Source of the DNA: a virus
Lineage: Duplodnaviria; Caudoviricetes
Virus record (IMG/VR): IMGVR_UViG_2895055527_000002
Span: 1 to 64,000 of that record
Length of the DNA: 64,000 nt
Direction: 5' to 3' (one strand)
Part shown: positions 19,469 through 28,813 of the stretch, one piece after another
Layout of the letters: each line of letters begins with the position of its first letter
Numbering within the stretch: the first letter of the stretch is position 1
The notes under the pieces: model-generated
Database searches by the model: none
What the model was told of the DNA's origin: nothing
What the model saw: the letters and a program-made list of their open reading frames with translations, nothing else
Translations under genes and position numbers: made by a program

Positions 19469-21121
19469 GTGGACACATCCGATTTTCATTTTCTCGACGC
19501 CAAGCACAAGGTAGAGCGGCAGGCTCGACGTCTTCAAAAGCATCTAAACGTGCGTCTTCGTGTCGCGCGTGCCGTGCTGGCTGAGGGGCCGTACCAATGT
19601 AAGAGTTGGGAAAGCCTTCTCGCGCGACTCGCTTGTCCAACAACACATATCAGAATGTTGGCATCACTACCTGGTGACAACAGGGCCGAGCACTATTTGT
19701 CTGCAAATTTGGACGGCATTGCCCGGTCCATTGCCCAGCAAATAATGCCTAACACCAATCTTGCCGGCCTTTACGACATTGTGAGGAAAATGTTCCTCGC
19801 GAATTGTGCCCCGACAACGCTTGAGCATGTCGCGCCGTCACTCCCCCCACTTGCGTGGGAGCCTGCGAATCTTGGTCCCGATGCCTACGCGGTGATGTAT
19901 GCAAATGCGAACGTGAACGGCAATGCATTCCGAGTAGTCGCTACGCGAACTTACCTGCCAGATTATCTCGACTTCGGCGCCGAAGTGGACCACCCGGAAT
20001 TAGCCTATCCGGTTGGGAAGTTCAAAATTGTCTGGACTAACCCCGACGCGTGGCTGGATGCGGCACGAACTTATCTTTTTGCCCCCAAAGATGAGTGGGA
20101 TGTCGATCTGGCTCTCCCGGAAGAAATTCTCGACGAACATATGGCCGCTCATGAGCGGTGGTTCACGAAAGCCCTGGCGACAATGCCTTACCGGGGCGAG
20201 TACAGTGAAGAACTCAACGAGCGTCCCATTCCATACTTTTACAGGGGGGACGCATACTTGCTCTTTGGCCTCCCCACGGTCGGGGGGGTGAACCGGAAGG
20301 CACCTAACCTCGAAGTAGAAATTTCGGCATCGGATGCCAACGGGGGCAAGCTGTTTTCCGTGGAAGGTGTGCCAATGTTGCTCGAATGGAGTAAAGCGCA
20401 AGCCGAATTGGGCGATGACATCGGAGAGCATCGATTGGCAAACACGTTTGTTGATGCAATCGCCTCGGACTCAATCAGTATGTGCTTTGATGTGGGGCGC
20501 ACGGACGTTGGTCCCTCAATCCTCATGCGACCGGCATGCGGTACCGATATCCGCCTTGCCTTGAAGCTTGAGCTGATGCCAACTGCGGGAGAGGAGGCCT
20601 TCGTACTTCGGAGTGATTCCCCGGAACTTGCTGAGATACTCGTCGCGAAGATTGCTGCGCGGCAAATACTGGTCGATAGAACGGTTGCCGCTTGTCCCCG
20701 TTATGCCGTTGCGTTGAGGCTTCCGAGAAATGTAAGGGGACTTCTTCAAGTCGGTCTGGAAGTTCGGATGAATAAGGCTGAAGGTGTACGTTCGAATCTC
20801 ATTCCGACAACATACATCGAGGTGATCGATGACGATTGGGCGATGGTCTACTTCCCTCTGGGCATCACTCTTCTGGCGTTACTCGAGGCACTCGGCAAGT
20901 GGGCGCTAATAGATGCTGTCGTTGACGGCAGGGTCATCCGGCGACCAATTGGTTTTGAGGCTAGCCTAGCGAATGAACCAGCTTGGACGAAAAACCTTCT
21001 AGACTCAGGCCTGAATTTCGACGCAATGTTTTGCGGAGGCAGGAAGATCCCTTTGGGTCGTACCGCCTACGAGTTGCTCCGAACGGCAAGAGTCACTAAG
21101 TACGCACGCGACTTCTACTGA
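19469..21121 (+). CDS. Large hypothetical protein (550 aa) with an N-terminal helical, possibly DNA-binding domain
   Basis: AAGGAG before GTG; N-terminus RQARRLQKHLNVRLRVARAVLA..Y.CKSWESL; no catalytic motif recognised. Confidence 0.75.
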   Translation: MDTSDFHFLDAKHKVERQARRLQKHLNVRLRVARAVLAEGPYQCKSWESLLARLACPTTHIRMLASLPGDNRAEHYLSANLDGIARSIAQQIMPNTNLAGLYDIVRKMFLANCAPTTLEHVAPSLPPLAWEPANLGPDAYAVMYANANVNGNAFRVVATRTYLPDYLDFGAEVDHPELAYPVGKFKIVWTNPDAWLDAARTYLFAPKDEWDVDLALPEEILDEHMAAHERWFTKALATMPYRGEYSEELNERPIPYFYRGDAYLLFGLPTVGGVNRKAPNLEVEISASDANGGKLFSVEGVPMLLEWSKAQAELGDDIGEHRLANTFVDAIASDSISMCFDVGRTDVGPSILMRPACGTDIRLALKLELMPTAGEEAFVLRSDSPELAEILVAKIAARQILVDRTVAACPRYAVALRLPRNVRGLLQVGLEVRMNKAEGVRSNLIPTTYIEVIDDDWAMVYFPLGITLLALLEALGKWALIDAVVDGRVIRRPIGFEASLANEPAWTKNLLDSGLNFDAMFCGGRKIPLGRTAYELLRTARVTKYARDFY

Positions 21122-21135
21122 ACTGAGGGGAGATC

Positions 21136-21330
21136 ATGCCCGAGCGTAAAGTCGCCAAAAATCAACAACGTTACGATGTCCTTGAGAGTGCCTACTGCTC
21201 GTTTACGGACGACAGGGAGAGGCGTAGAGCATTGATCTCGAGAGACATTCGCCTGGTTCTGATGCGTGCGCTTTCGATTTCGGCCTTATGTGTCGCATCC
21301 TTCTACGGCAAATCCCATTTTCCGTTCTAG
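21136..21330 (+). CDS. Small protein (64 aa) with a hydrophobic C-terminus
   Basis: GAGGGGAG RBS; 14 bp after the 550-aa gene. Confidence 0.6.
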   Translation: MPERKVAKNQQRYDVLESAYCSFTDDRERRRALISRDIRLVLMRALSISALCVASFYGKSHFPF

Positions 21331-21667
21331 GGCGTATCGCAGTGAGATGCCCGCTGGGGTTGGCGCTCCGGCGGCCATCGAGCTGCCAAAGGACGTGGCA
21401 ATGCATCTAGCGCCGGTCGAACAAACGAGCCCATATCATTTCATTCAGGAGCGGGCAGCCTGACAACGTGACTGTGCGGTGAGTAATCGAAATTCATTGG
21501 CCGGTAGGGCGTTCGTTGTGCCAAGACGATTCGCCAAGCCGAACATCCAGTACCCGTTTCGTGGGTGCCTCGGTAAGCATCCGCTCTATACCTAGGGCAG
21601 ATGCGGCAGAGTTTCCGCTAGCGGATGTTTGTTGGTTTGCCACGCGGTAGAACTCTTGATTGTTATG

Positions 21668-22903
21668 TCATCGCCTTTGCCGCCGATGGCGTTCCAAATA
21701 CATCGAGTAATGCTTGTCGAGCGCGTCCGCAGCAGGTGCATCTTTGAAGCGCTCCGGCACAACCGCAAGTGACTTTCCATCGTACTTCTCATAGTCGGTC
21801 CCTCGGAGTTGTGGCGCGACATGGACGATACTTCGTGAGTCGATGGACAACAGATGGAGGTCAAACAGTGTATGAATGTCTGCTCTGAGCAGAAGTCCAT
21901 TATGCACGTTGTAGTCCGTCAGACGCGAGTGTGGAACGATATGCGCCGCTTCCAGCAGTTCTTCAATCCGTGAACCGGTGACTGCACATCGCGTCCGATA
22001 CGCGGTCAATAGGGCGCGCCGGAATTTAACCTGACCACGGCGTGTCTTGATGGCGCGATTCTGGACTTCGTCGTAGGTGCTATCTTCGTCGTCGGCTTGC
22101 TCAACGGTATTGTCTTCGAGCGTCTTTTCAATTCCACGTACGAGCACGCACTCTCCGTTGGAGAAGTCGTAAGAGTGCACATACCACTCCTGGCCATCCA
22201 GATAGCGCTTTTCAACCTTAGCTGCTTGTTCAGCCCGGTCTTCGCCCTCGGGCCGCCTTCCCGCCCCAACGATCACTCGCACCGGAAGTCGCCGCTCAAA
22301 AGACTCTCGGATAGCAACGTCCAGTGCTTTTCCACGTTGAGCTTGTGTCTTCGCTCGGTTGCGCACGTTTTTTTCTATCGCAAGGTCGGTGGCGATTCTG
22401 GTCCGCTGATCGCTCTCGGCGCGAGCGTTCCGGTCAAAATAGATCCAACCGTCTTCGTTGACCTTGAATTCGCTATGCCACAGACAAAGAACGAAGCCTT
22501 CGGTCACGGACCCGAAGCACCACTCGTAGCAAAAATTTGGATTCGACTTGAAGTCTTCATTCCAGCCGTCAATCGATACCCCCGCGTCTCGGAGAAGATC
22601 GTAAAGTGTGCCTTTCGATAACGGCTTGAGGCTCTCAAGTGACTCTGTAGGAGGAGCATCCGCGCGTCTAAACGTGACGAGTCGGTTGACTTGGTCAAGC
22701 CTCACCTGCCTCCAGCCGTATTCCATCCAAAATTGACCTGGGTGACCATCCTTAGTCCTTGAATTTGCCCAGAATGGCTTGAACCGATCAGCCGTTGGTG
22801 GCAATTCGTTGCCGATAATTTTCTCTATATCGGAAAACGAGAGTGTTACTTCACTGTTGGATTGTGCAGCCAAGTGAGCTGCAAGAGGCTGATATTTTCT
22901 CAT
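21668..22903 (-). CDS. Multi-domain HNH endonuclease, putative restriction/anti-phage nuclease
   Basis: C-terminal RRGQVKFR..CAVTG..LEAAHI..HNGLLLRADIHTLFD; N-terminal KYQPLAAHL..LSFSDIEKIIG..FWAN domain. Confidence 0.88.
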   Translation of the reverse strand: MRKYQPLAAHLAAQSNSEVTLSFSDIEKIIGNELPPTADRFKPFWANSRTKDGHPGQFWMEYGWRQVRLDQVNRLVTFRRADAPPTESLESLKPLSKGTLYDLLRDAGVSIDGWNEDFKSNPNFCYEWCFGSVTEGFVLCLWHSEFKVNEDGWIYFDRNARAESDQRTRIATDLAIEKNVRNRAKTQAQRGKALDVAIRESFERRLPVRVIVGAGRRPEGEDRAEQAAKVEKRYLDGQEWYVHSYDFSNGECVLVRGIEKTLEDNTVEQADDEDSTYDEVQNRAIKTRRGQVKFRRALLTAYRTRCAVTGSRIEELLEAAHIVPHSRLTDYNVHNGLLLRADIHTLFDLHLLSIDSRSIVHVAPQLRGTDYEKYDGKSLAVVPERFKDAPAADALDKHYSMYLERHRRQRR

Positions 22904-23180
22904 TAGGTGCCTAGGCTTTATCGCGAGCCCGTGAAAATATAAGCGATTAAGTCAATGGTTCTGCCGGAAAGAATGATTTTAGGCAGTTCGCAGTTAACGT
23001 TGCAGCACATGACTAGTCGCTTTGGCTGAAGTTTCCGCTGGGCACTTCAAGCCACATGCAACAATTAGCCGTCTGATGCGAAAGACATATCGGGTCGCTA
23101 TAGGTACTACGGGCGGGTTCGTTATGGGCGAGGCCCTGTTGAGGGGCCGGCCAAATCTGTTTCGGATACGTTCAGTTTGG

Positions 23181-23513
23181 CTAGTGTGCGTCGTCGTGGC
23201 GCGTATTCAGCCCGTATATGTCCATCTGTGCGGCAGCACTCCCGTCATTGAACAGAGGAGGCATCTTCGCCTCATGTACTGGCGTTGAACGTTGAGCGTC
23301 GTCGTCCAATCTCGTCACTGACCGACGCGACTCCACACGACCAAGGAGCACGAATACAAACATCGGAGCCAGAAAGACCACGATAAGTGCCATCAGCACT
23401 CGCCAGAGTACGGGATGGTCGAGCAGTTCGCGGGCGAACACGAGAAAGACAGTGAACAGGGCAGCCCCTACCAGCACGGATGCCCCCACAAGCATCTTAG
23501 CAGTGATTCGCAT
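23181..23513 (-). CDS. Small two-TM membrane protein
   Basis: Two hydrophobic helices and a polar tail. Confidence 0.55.
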   Translation of the reverse strand: MRITAKMLVGASVLVGAALFTVFLVFARELLDHPVLWRVLMALIVVFLAPMFVFVLLGRVESRRSVTRLDDDAQRSTPVHEAKMPPLFNDGSAAAQMDIYGLNTRHDDAH

Positions 23514-23656
23514 AATGACTCTGGATAACTATTTATCTATTTATGGCCGCGATTTGCGGCATTCCTTCAAATCCATTATATGGGCGATGTCCGAGCAACG
23601 GATAAACTATTACTCCGGGGTTTGGGCGCGTTCTATTGCGGAGTCGCCATTGCAGT

Positions 23657-23992
23657 CTACGTTTCGTCCCCAAATGCGGCTCCAGCTCGATACTCCGCGG
23701 AAACGTCACGTATCGACAGAACCGCATTGATATCGCACCATCTGGACCACGTATATGACGCGTCTCCATCCTCACTCGATGGACCCTCAAGTCGGTAAAC
23801 GCGACCAGACCGCGTCCTACCTTCGCCTCGCGCAGCATCGAACTCTTGGATGGCCGAGCTCACGCGCCCGGCCATCCCCTCGATTGCCCATCCAACAAAG
23901 TGTCGTGTGAGGTCACTGGCCTCAAAGACACGCCAACGAACGAGATGGGTGACTGGCTCCGTGTCGACGGAGCGTGTTTTCCACATGGGCAT
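23657..23992 (-). CDS. Hypothetical protein
   Basis: GGAGG before ATG 23992; WRVFE..RHFVG..GRVSSAI..TRSGRVYRLEG. Confidence 0.7.
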   Translation of the reverse strand: MPMWKTRSVDTEPVTHLVRWRVFEASDLTRHFVGWAIEGMAGRVSSAIQEFDAARGEGRTRSGRVYRLEGPSSEDGDASYTWSRWCDINAVLSIRDVSAEYRAGAAFGDET

Positions 23993-24195
23993 GATGACCT
24001 CCTGCGAAACGCGTGAAAGCACACTCGTAGGCTAGGTCAGTTTCCCTCAGATGAAAGCGAGATTTTCGTGTTGCGTCGCCGCGCTGGGCTCTGCGCGCGA
24101 GAAAATGCGAGTGGCGTGCCTATACTGCTGCGAGAGCGACAAAATCCGGGGCGAGAAAACAGGGCTTTGCTCCGTCGCGAAAATTTGCGTTTGTG

Positions 24196-24375
24196 AATCA
24201 AGGTGTTGCCGAAAATAGTTGCGCCACCTCATGGGTGCGATTCACGGATTTGCGCCAACTTGTGGGTGCGCTTCGGGGTGGTGGGAGATGTGCGAAGTGC
24301 GGAAAGTGAGGGCATTAGGGTACGAGTCCGCCAACTCATGGGTCCGAAACGCGCCAACTTATGGGTAACTCGACA
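24196..24375 (-). mobile_element. Putative Tn7-like transposon end
   Basis: Minus strand begins TGTCGAGTT then ACCCATAAGTTGGCGC; four repeats start at 24221, 24252, 24328, 24351; IHF-consensus AATCAAGGTGTTG at 24196-24208. Confidence 0.72.
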
Positions 24376-24419
24376 TACGTTTTGATGCTGGCGAAAATCT
24401 AGCCGGTTTTTGCCCGTTT

Positions 24420-24836
24420 TTATTCGAAAATGCCATGAACCGTGCCAGCATTTTCTAATACTCGTTTTTCCAAAAATCGCTTTAGTCTGCGTTCGATCCT
24501 GGCGTGTCCGATCGAACCTATCAGATGTCGCAGCATTGCGTCGTCGTCAGGCTGAAGCTCCCCTTTAGTGCGCTCATGATTTAGTTCGGGTCGGAAGATC
24601 CGAATGCACGCTTCCTCATATGCTTGAAGATGTAGCAGGTCGGTTGGCACGAACATCACGTCATCGAACTCTTTGACATTGATGTGTTGGCCGAGTCGTT
24701 GGTAGATGTCTTCTGTCTTTCCTACGTACCTTATCCGCTCGCGCAACAGTAGGAAGTAAATTCCTCGCCGGTTTCGCAAAATCGGGATGTGCTTTAGCCC
24801 TGCGTCTTCAAGAAACTTTTTTTCTTGCATCTTCAA
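24420..24836 (-). CDS. GIY-YIG nuclease-domain protein
   Basis: GIYFLL..RYVGKT..QRLGQH..EEACIRIFRPELN; overlaps the integrase 3' end. Confidence 0.75.
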   Translation of the reverse strand: MKMQEKKFLEDAGLKHIPILRNRRGIYFLLLRERIRYVGKTEDIYQRLGQHINVKEFDDVMFVPTDLLHLQAYEEACIRIFRPELNHERTKGELQPDDDAMLRHLIGSIGHARIERRLKRFLEKRVLENAGTVHGIFE

Positions 24837-26022
24837 TAGCTTGTTGTGAGTGGTTTCCGAACTTCTTCACGGCCTTATTCCCCGCTTCCACGTCCGCTGC
24901 CGGCATCCACCGTCCGTATACTCGCGCGATCATCGTCCAGTCCGCGTGCCCCATCTGCTTTGCAACCCACATCGGGTGTTCGCCCGCCGAAAGCATCATC
25001 GAAGCATAGGTGTGCCGGGTCTGATACGGATTGCGGTAGCGTACGCCAGCCCTTTTGAGAGCGGATTGCCAAATGCGCCAGATCTGATTGGCGCCGGTAA
25101 AGCGCGCTCCCGACCGATCCTTAAAAATTGCGCCGTCTTCTTCGGACAGGAAGGTCAGTGCCTTTTGCGCATGAAGGGCGGCGCTCGCTGGCTCAAGCAA
25201 CCGGATGTCGCGCCGACCCGCCGCAGTCTTCGGGAATTCGGCGACGCCTTTCGCCTCGCGCGTCATCGCGCGACGTACGCGGACGTATCCTCCAACGAAA
25301 TCGATGTCCGACCAGTTGAGAGCGATGAACTCCGAGGTGCGCATCCCGGTCCAGAGCGCAAACTGGATCAGATTTCGATTCCCTCCCGTCAGTTTATCGA
25401 GAATAGCGGCTTGCTCTTGAGGGGAAAGCGGATCGATCTCGTCTTCTTCGATTTCCTTCGGCCGTTCAGCGCGTGCGTAGGTATAACCTGCGAGTGGATT
25501 CGCCTCGATTAATTCGTCTCCTGACGCGTCGCCGAGCGCCGATCGCATGCAGCTTTGGATATTCGCCAGTCGCTTGTTGGAAGCCTTGCGCTCGCGGTCG
25601 TGGTCGATTCCGGCGAGCCAGTCTCTGATAGTCGCGCGCCGGAGATCCGAAAGGGGCAGCTTACCGAATTTCGGGATAACCCAATTGCTCACGATGTTTC
25701 GGTATCCCGTGAATGTTGATGCCTTGATCTCCATCTTCTTCCGGTCTAGCCACTTCTCGAAATACGATTCAACGGTTAGGACGTCACCAGGGCGTTCTGC
25801 AAATTTTGCTGCATGCTTTGAGTCCGGGAACGACTTCACATAGTCAAACTCGCCTTTCTCTATTGCGTGCAGAATCGCGGCCCGGAACTGCGTTATCTTG
25901 CGAGTGTTGGCAGGACAGGGCTTCGCTTTGATCCGCTCGCGGCACCGCCGCCCTTGGTAATGGAAGGTGATTTCATAGCTGGAGTCTGAAACGATGTCGA
26001 CTCCTGTCCTCTTTCTAGCCAT
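24808..26022 (-). CDS. int: Phage tyrosine integrase with N-terminal arm-binding domain
   Basis: TGMRTSE, YQTRHTYAS, MGHADWTMIARVY catalytic motifs. Confidence 0.95.
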   Translation of the reverse strand: MARKRTGVDIVSDSSYEITFHYQGRRCRERIKAKPCPANTRKITQFRAAILHAIEKGEFDYVKSFPDSKHAAKFAERPGDVLTVESYFEKWLDRKKMEIKASTFTGYRNIVSNWVIPKFGKLPLSDLRRATIRDWLAGIDHDRERKASNKRLANIQSCMRSALGDASGDELIEANPLAGYTYARAERPKEIEEDEIDPLSPQEQAAILDKLTGGNRNLIQFALWTGMRTSEFIALNWSDIDFVGGYVRVRRAMTREAKGVAEFPKTAAGRRDIRLLEPASAALHAQKALTFLSEEDGAIFKDRSGARFTGANQIWRIWQSALKRAGVRYRNPYQTRHTYASMMLSAGEHPMWVAKQMGHADWTMIARVYGRWMPAADVEAGNKAVKKFGNHSQQAIEDARKKVS

Positions 26023-26183
26023 CGTTCATACCCCTCCATGTCCATTATGATTTTCTTAGTGCCGGGCTCGTACTTCCAGACCGAACCTTCCGGCCAGATG
26101 CCCTTGCACTTGCGGGTATAGACGGCTGCCGGGGTAAATCCGGTCAGCTCGCAGAATTTTGCGATAGTCACAAAACGTACCAT
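25893..26183 (-). CDS. xis: Excisionase
   Basis: RFVTIAKFCELTGFTPAAVY..GIWPEG..YERW; overlaps the int start. Confidence 0.8.
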   Translation of the reverse strand: MVRFVTIAKFCELTGFTPAAVYTRKCKGIWPEGSVWKYEPGTKKIIMDMEGYERWLERGQESTSFQTPAMKSPSITKGGGAASGSKRSPVLPTLAR

Positions 26184-26421
26184 CGGGACCTCGCTCTATT
26201 GATCGCCCGCGCGTGGCGCTCGGCGGTGAGTATTGCGGAGTTTGGCTTCCATTTTTCAGATCTCATTCTGTCGCGGTGTGCTTCTACCGTTCCTCCGTTC
26301 GCACGAAGGTGGTCGTGCTACGATTCCCGGAACCGATTCTTGATGTTCTCGAAGAGAGCGGATGCAGGTTGACGAGTGATGACGTAGCCCTTGATACGTT
26401 TATCCAGTGGAGGAGGTCGCT

Positions 26422-26811
26422 ATGCCGGACACGCTTCTCGCAGTGGAACTGTTTGAAGACGGTGACCAGACCGGGGTGCGCTACCGGAATGGGGACCCGG
26501 ACAAACCCGTCGCGATCGAGACGTTCGATCGGTTGATCGCCGTTCTAGGGGACTGCCGTGCAGCAATCGAGCCTCCAATAACAGCGGACCCTCCGCCGCC
26601 ACATCTGAAAATGACGGCTGCATACGATCCCAGATGGCAGGTTGGGCCTGATCCTATGGGTGGTGGTGCTGTTCTCAAAATTCGTCATCCCGGCTTTGGT
26701 TGGCTCGCATTTGCGATTCCACTGCCAGAGGTCGAGAACTTCTGTACGGGCCTAGCGAAGATCGCTCAGGCAATGGCAATGGAAGCCCAAGACCACGGGC
26801 CAGCCAACTGA
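26422..26811 (+). CDS. Moron, hypothetical protein
   Basis: GGAGGAGG RBS; antisense to the early-left operon. Confidence 0.7.
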   Translation: MPDTLLAVELFEDGDQTGVRYRNGDPDKPVAIETFDRLIAVLGDCRAAIEPPITADPPPPHLKMTAAYDPRWQVGPDPMGGGAVLKIRHPGFGWLAFAIPLPEVENFCTGLAKIAQAMAMEAQDHGPAN

Positions 26812-26830
26812 CAGAGGGCAGGGGGAAGCC

Positions 26831-27064
26831 ATGGTCCAATTGCACGAGACGTACAGAGGCTGTGAGATCGACATCGAGATCGGCGAGCGCACCATGCTTT
26901 GGGACATCACCATCACTGTGACGCCGCTTGATGGTGTCGAGCTCATTGAGCCGATCGGAAGTCGAAAGCTGAAACTTCCCAAGACTGAAGAGCTCGACTT
27001 AATCGAGCGAGAGCTGATGCACGAAGTTCGGCTCGCGATCGACCGGGACCTCGTTGACCCTTGA
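26831..27064 (+). CDS. Moron, 77-aa hypothetical protein (paralog of 465-698)
   Basis: Purine-rich RBS; internal paralogy supports coding. Confidence 0.75.
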   Translation: MVQLHETYRGCEIDIEIGERTMLWDITITVTPLDGVELIEPIGSRKLKLPKTEELDLIERELMHEVRLAIDRDLVDP

Positions 27065-27180
27065 ACCCGAGGGCTTTTCCCAAATCGTGGCGACAAACAC
27101 TTCTTTCTCACATGCCCATTGGTAGAGTTTCTTTCCGTGGCGTTGCCCACTGATCTAACTGTCATAAAATGGGCATCCTC

Positions 27181-27375
27181 ATGGATATCACCGATCAATA
27201 CGAAGATCTGCTTTCGCGGGTTGAGCGCGCGTGCGCGGACGTCGAAGCTGCAATCAGGCAGTTCGGCGCAGGCCCCGACCGATTGCGCAACGCAACCGCT
27301 CACCGTAATGCTGTTCAGATTGAACTGGTGGAATTCATCCGGCGACTCGGGGCGGCGCAATCCGATCAAGGCTAA
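27181..27375 (+). CDS. Small helical hypothetical protein
   Basis: MDITDQYEDLLSRVERACADVE.. amphipathic ORF. Confidence 0.45.
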   Translation: MDITDQYEDLLSRVERACADVEAAIRQFGAGPDRLRNATAHRNAVQIELVEFIRRLGAAQSDQG

Positions 27376-27524
27376 TACTCGACTCATACGCAGGATCTCT
27401 TTCAGTGCTTCGGCCGTGGTCGGGTGGGTGGTCATGCTGGTTTCCACCTCCTGCGTCCGGGAGGGGGGGCACATAGGCGCGGCTTTGTCGACTACGATTT
27501 CCATAACGCTCATCACGCGCGCTC

Positions 27525-27746
27525 ATGGAGAAACTTGAAATGAACCAAAAAACAAACAGTGGTACTGCCCACGTTTTGAAACTTACGCACGGCAGATACC
27601 AGGGTTACGTTCGGATCAGCCGTCCCGACTTTGGGGGGCAATCGACTATGCGTGGGTGCGGAGGCCCCCACTGTTCACATGTGGCCGCATTGGCTTGCGC
27701 GGTGGCGGCGCTTGTCAGACTGGGCATTCGTGCATCTCCAATGTGA
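27525..27746 (+). CDS. Small hypothetical protein
   Basis: 73-aa ORF; GGAG precedes the internal ATG at 27540. Confidence 0.35.
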   Translation: MEKLEMNQKTNSGTAHVLKLTHGRYQGYVRISRPDFGGQSTMRGCGGPHCSHVAALACAVAALVRLGIRASPM

Positions 27747-27749
27747 GCT

Positions 27750-27848
27750 TCAGTACCGCGGGCTCGTGCATTGCACATTGACGCCTTCGGCTATCAGCAT
27801 GGGCATGGTGTCGCGGCAGTCGCCCAGAATGATCTCGTTCTGTCTCAT
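27750..27848 (-). pseudogene. Truncated phage DNA methyltransferase (N4C/N6A type) N-terminus
   Basis: MRQNEIILGDCRDTMPMLIAEGVNVQCTSPRY*: GDC motif and a degenerate TSPPY, then a stop. Confidence 0.65.
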
Positions 27849-27880
27849 GCTAGGATTCCTCGAAACTTCGTGGAGAGGCC

Positions 27881-28303
27881 ATGGAACGTGACAATCTTGG
27901 AGGAATGTCCGACGTCGCAAAGGAAGTTGCCGAGCACAAGCGAATGATGTGGAGGCAGGCGGATGCGCTGCTTATCGAAGCGTCGAAAGCCTGCATGCTG
28001 CTCAATGCTGGTGGAGTAGTCGCCATGCTGGGCTTCGAGCAAGCGCTACTAGGAAAGGATGCGCATTTGTTCGCCGCCTTTAAGTGGTTTGGTCTAGGTG
28101 CCGGAGCGCTTTTTCTGATTGGCGCGATGTTGACGGTATTCGCACACCAGGCGCGAGCCAGAAGTCGGATTGGAGTATTCGCGGGGGATGGTCCCCGTTC
28201 TATTGCGAATGGAAAGTACGCCGATCGTCTGATGCTTTCCTCTGCGATAGCGTTCGTGCTTGCTTCGGTAATCGCCGGAATCGGAATCGGTCGACTGGGT
28301 TGA
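27881..28303 (+). CDS. Moron, three-TM membrane protein
   Basis: GGAGAGG RBS; upstream TG-C-TAGGAT; LLNAGGVVAML and two further TM segments. Confidence 0.7.
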   Translation: MERDNLGGMSDVAKEVAEHKRMMWRQADALLIEASKACMLLNAGGVVAMLGFEQALLGKDAHLFAAFKWFGLGAGALFLIGAMLTVFAHQARARSRIGVFAGDGPRSIANGKYADRLMLSSAIAFVLASVIAGIGIGRLG

Positions 28304-28307
28304 TACA

Positions 28308-28559
28308 TCATCGTTTCCGCTCCTCCGCTGCCTGAGAGGCGGCGATGCCTTCCTTCGTCAGGAACCAACACAGCGCGGCCCAGCGGCTGTTATCTGAGCG
28401 CGTGCTACCAGCCAGCCCCCGACGTTCCAGCGAGTGCATAGCTGACACGACGGCGACGTTGTTGCTGCCGATCAGGTAGGCGAGAGACGCCGTAGAAATG
28501 GCGCCGAAACTATTCTTCGTGTTGAGCTTGCGGGCGCACCGAAGTTGGAATTCAGTCAC
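28308..28559 (-). CDS. Winged-HTH protein, paralog 2
   Basis: GTGA overlap with the upstream gene; STASLAYLIGSNNVAVVSAMHSLERRGL..SRWAALCWFLTKEG. Confidence 0.7.
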   Translation of the reverse strand: MTEFQLRCARKLNTKNSFGAISTASLAYLIGSNNVAVVSAMHSLERRGLAGSTRSDNSRWAALCWFLTKEGIAASQAAEERKR

Positions 28560-28813
28560 GCATCCCCCTTCGCCTGATTGGCGGCAATGGCGGCTCGGCC
28601 TTCGGCGGTCAGGTGCCAGTACAAGGCTGCCCATCGGCTGTTCTCCGGCCAATACACGCCGCGCACCAATCCCTTTCGCTCGAGCGAACGCATCGCTGAT
28701 GTGATCGCCACATTAGACGTCGCCAGTCGGCCTGCAAGGCGCGCCGTTGATGTCGTACCGGGCCCGTCATTTTGCACAAGAGATTTCATGCAGCGGTTTT
28801 GAAAATCAGTCAC
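28556..28813 (-). CDS. Winged-HTH protein, paralog 1
   Basis: STARLAGRLATSNVAITSAMRSLERKGL..SRWAALYWHLTAEG. Confidence 0.75.
   Translation of the reverse strand: MTDFQNRCMKSLVQNDGPGTTSTARLAGRLATSNVAITSAMRSLERKGLVRGVYWPENSRWAALYWHLTAEGRAAIAANQAKGDA

Noticed and set aside
24221-24366. Four repeats as a mini CRISPR array
   Set aside because: The repeats are only 16 bp, non-palindromic and irregularly spaced (31, 76 and 23 bp); they fit transposase binding sites better
24376-24420. tRNA or att core at the prophage left end
   Set aside because: No tRNA-like sequence is visible and attR lies outside the window, so att could not be defined
26752-27516. 254-aa minus-strand ORF
   Set aside because: Overlaps plus-strand morons, one of which is supported by paralogy; Ser-rich shadow composition
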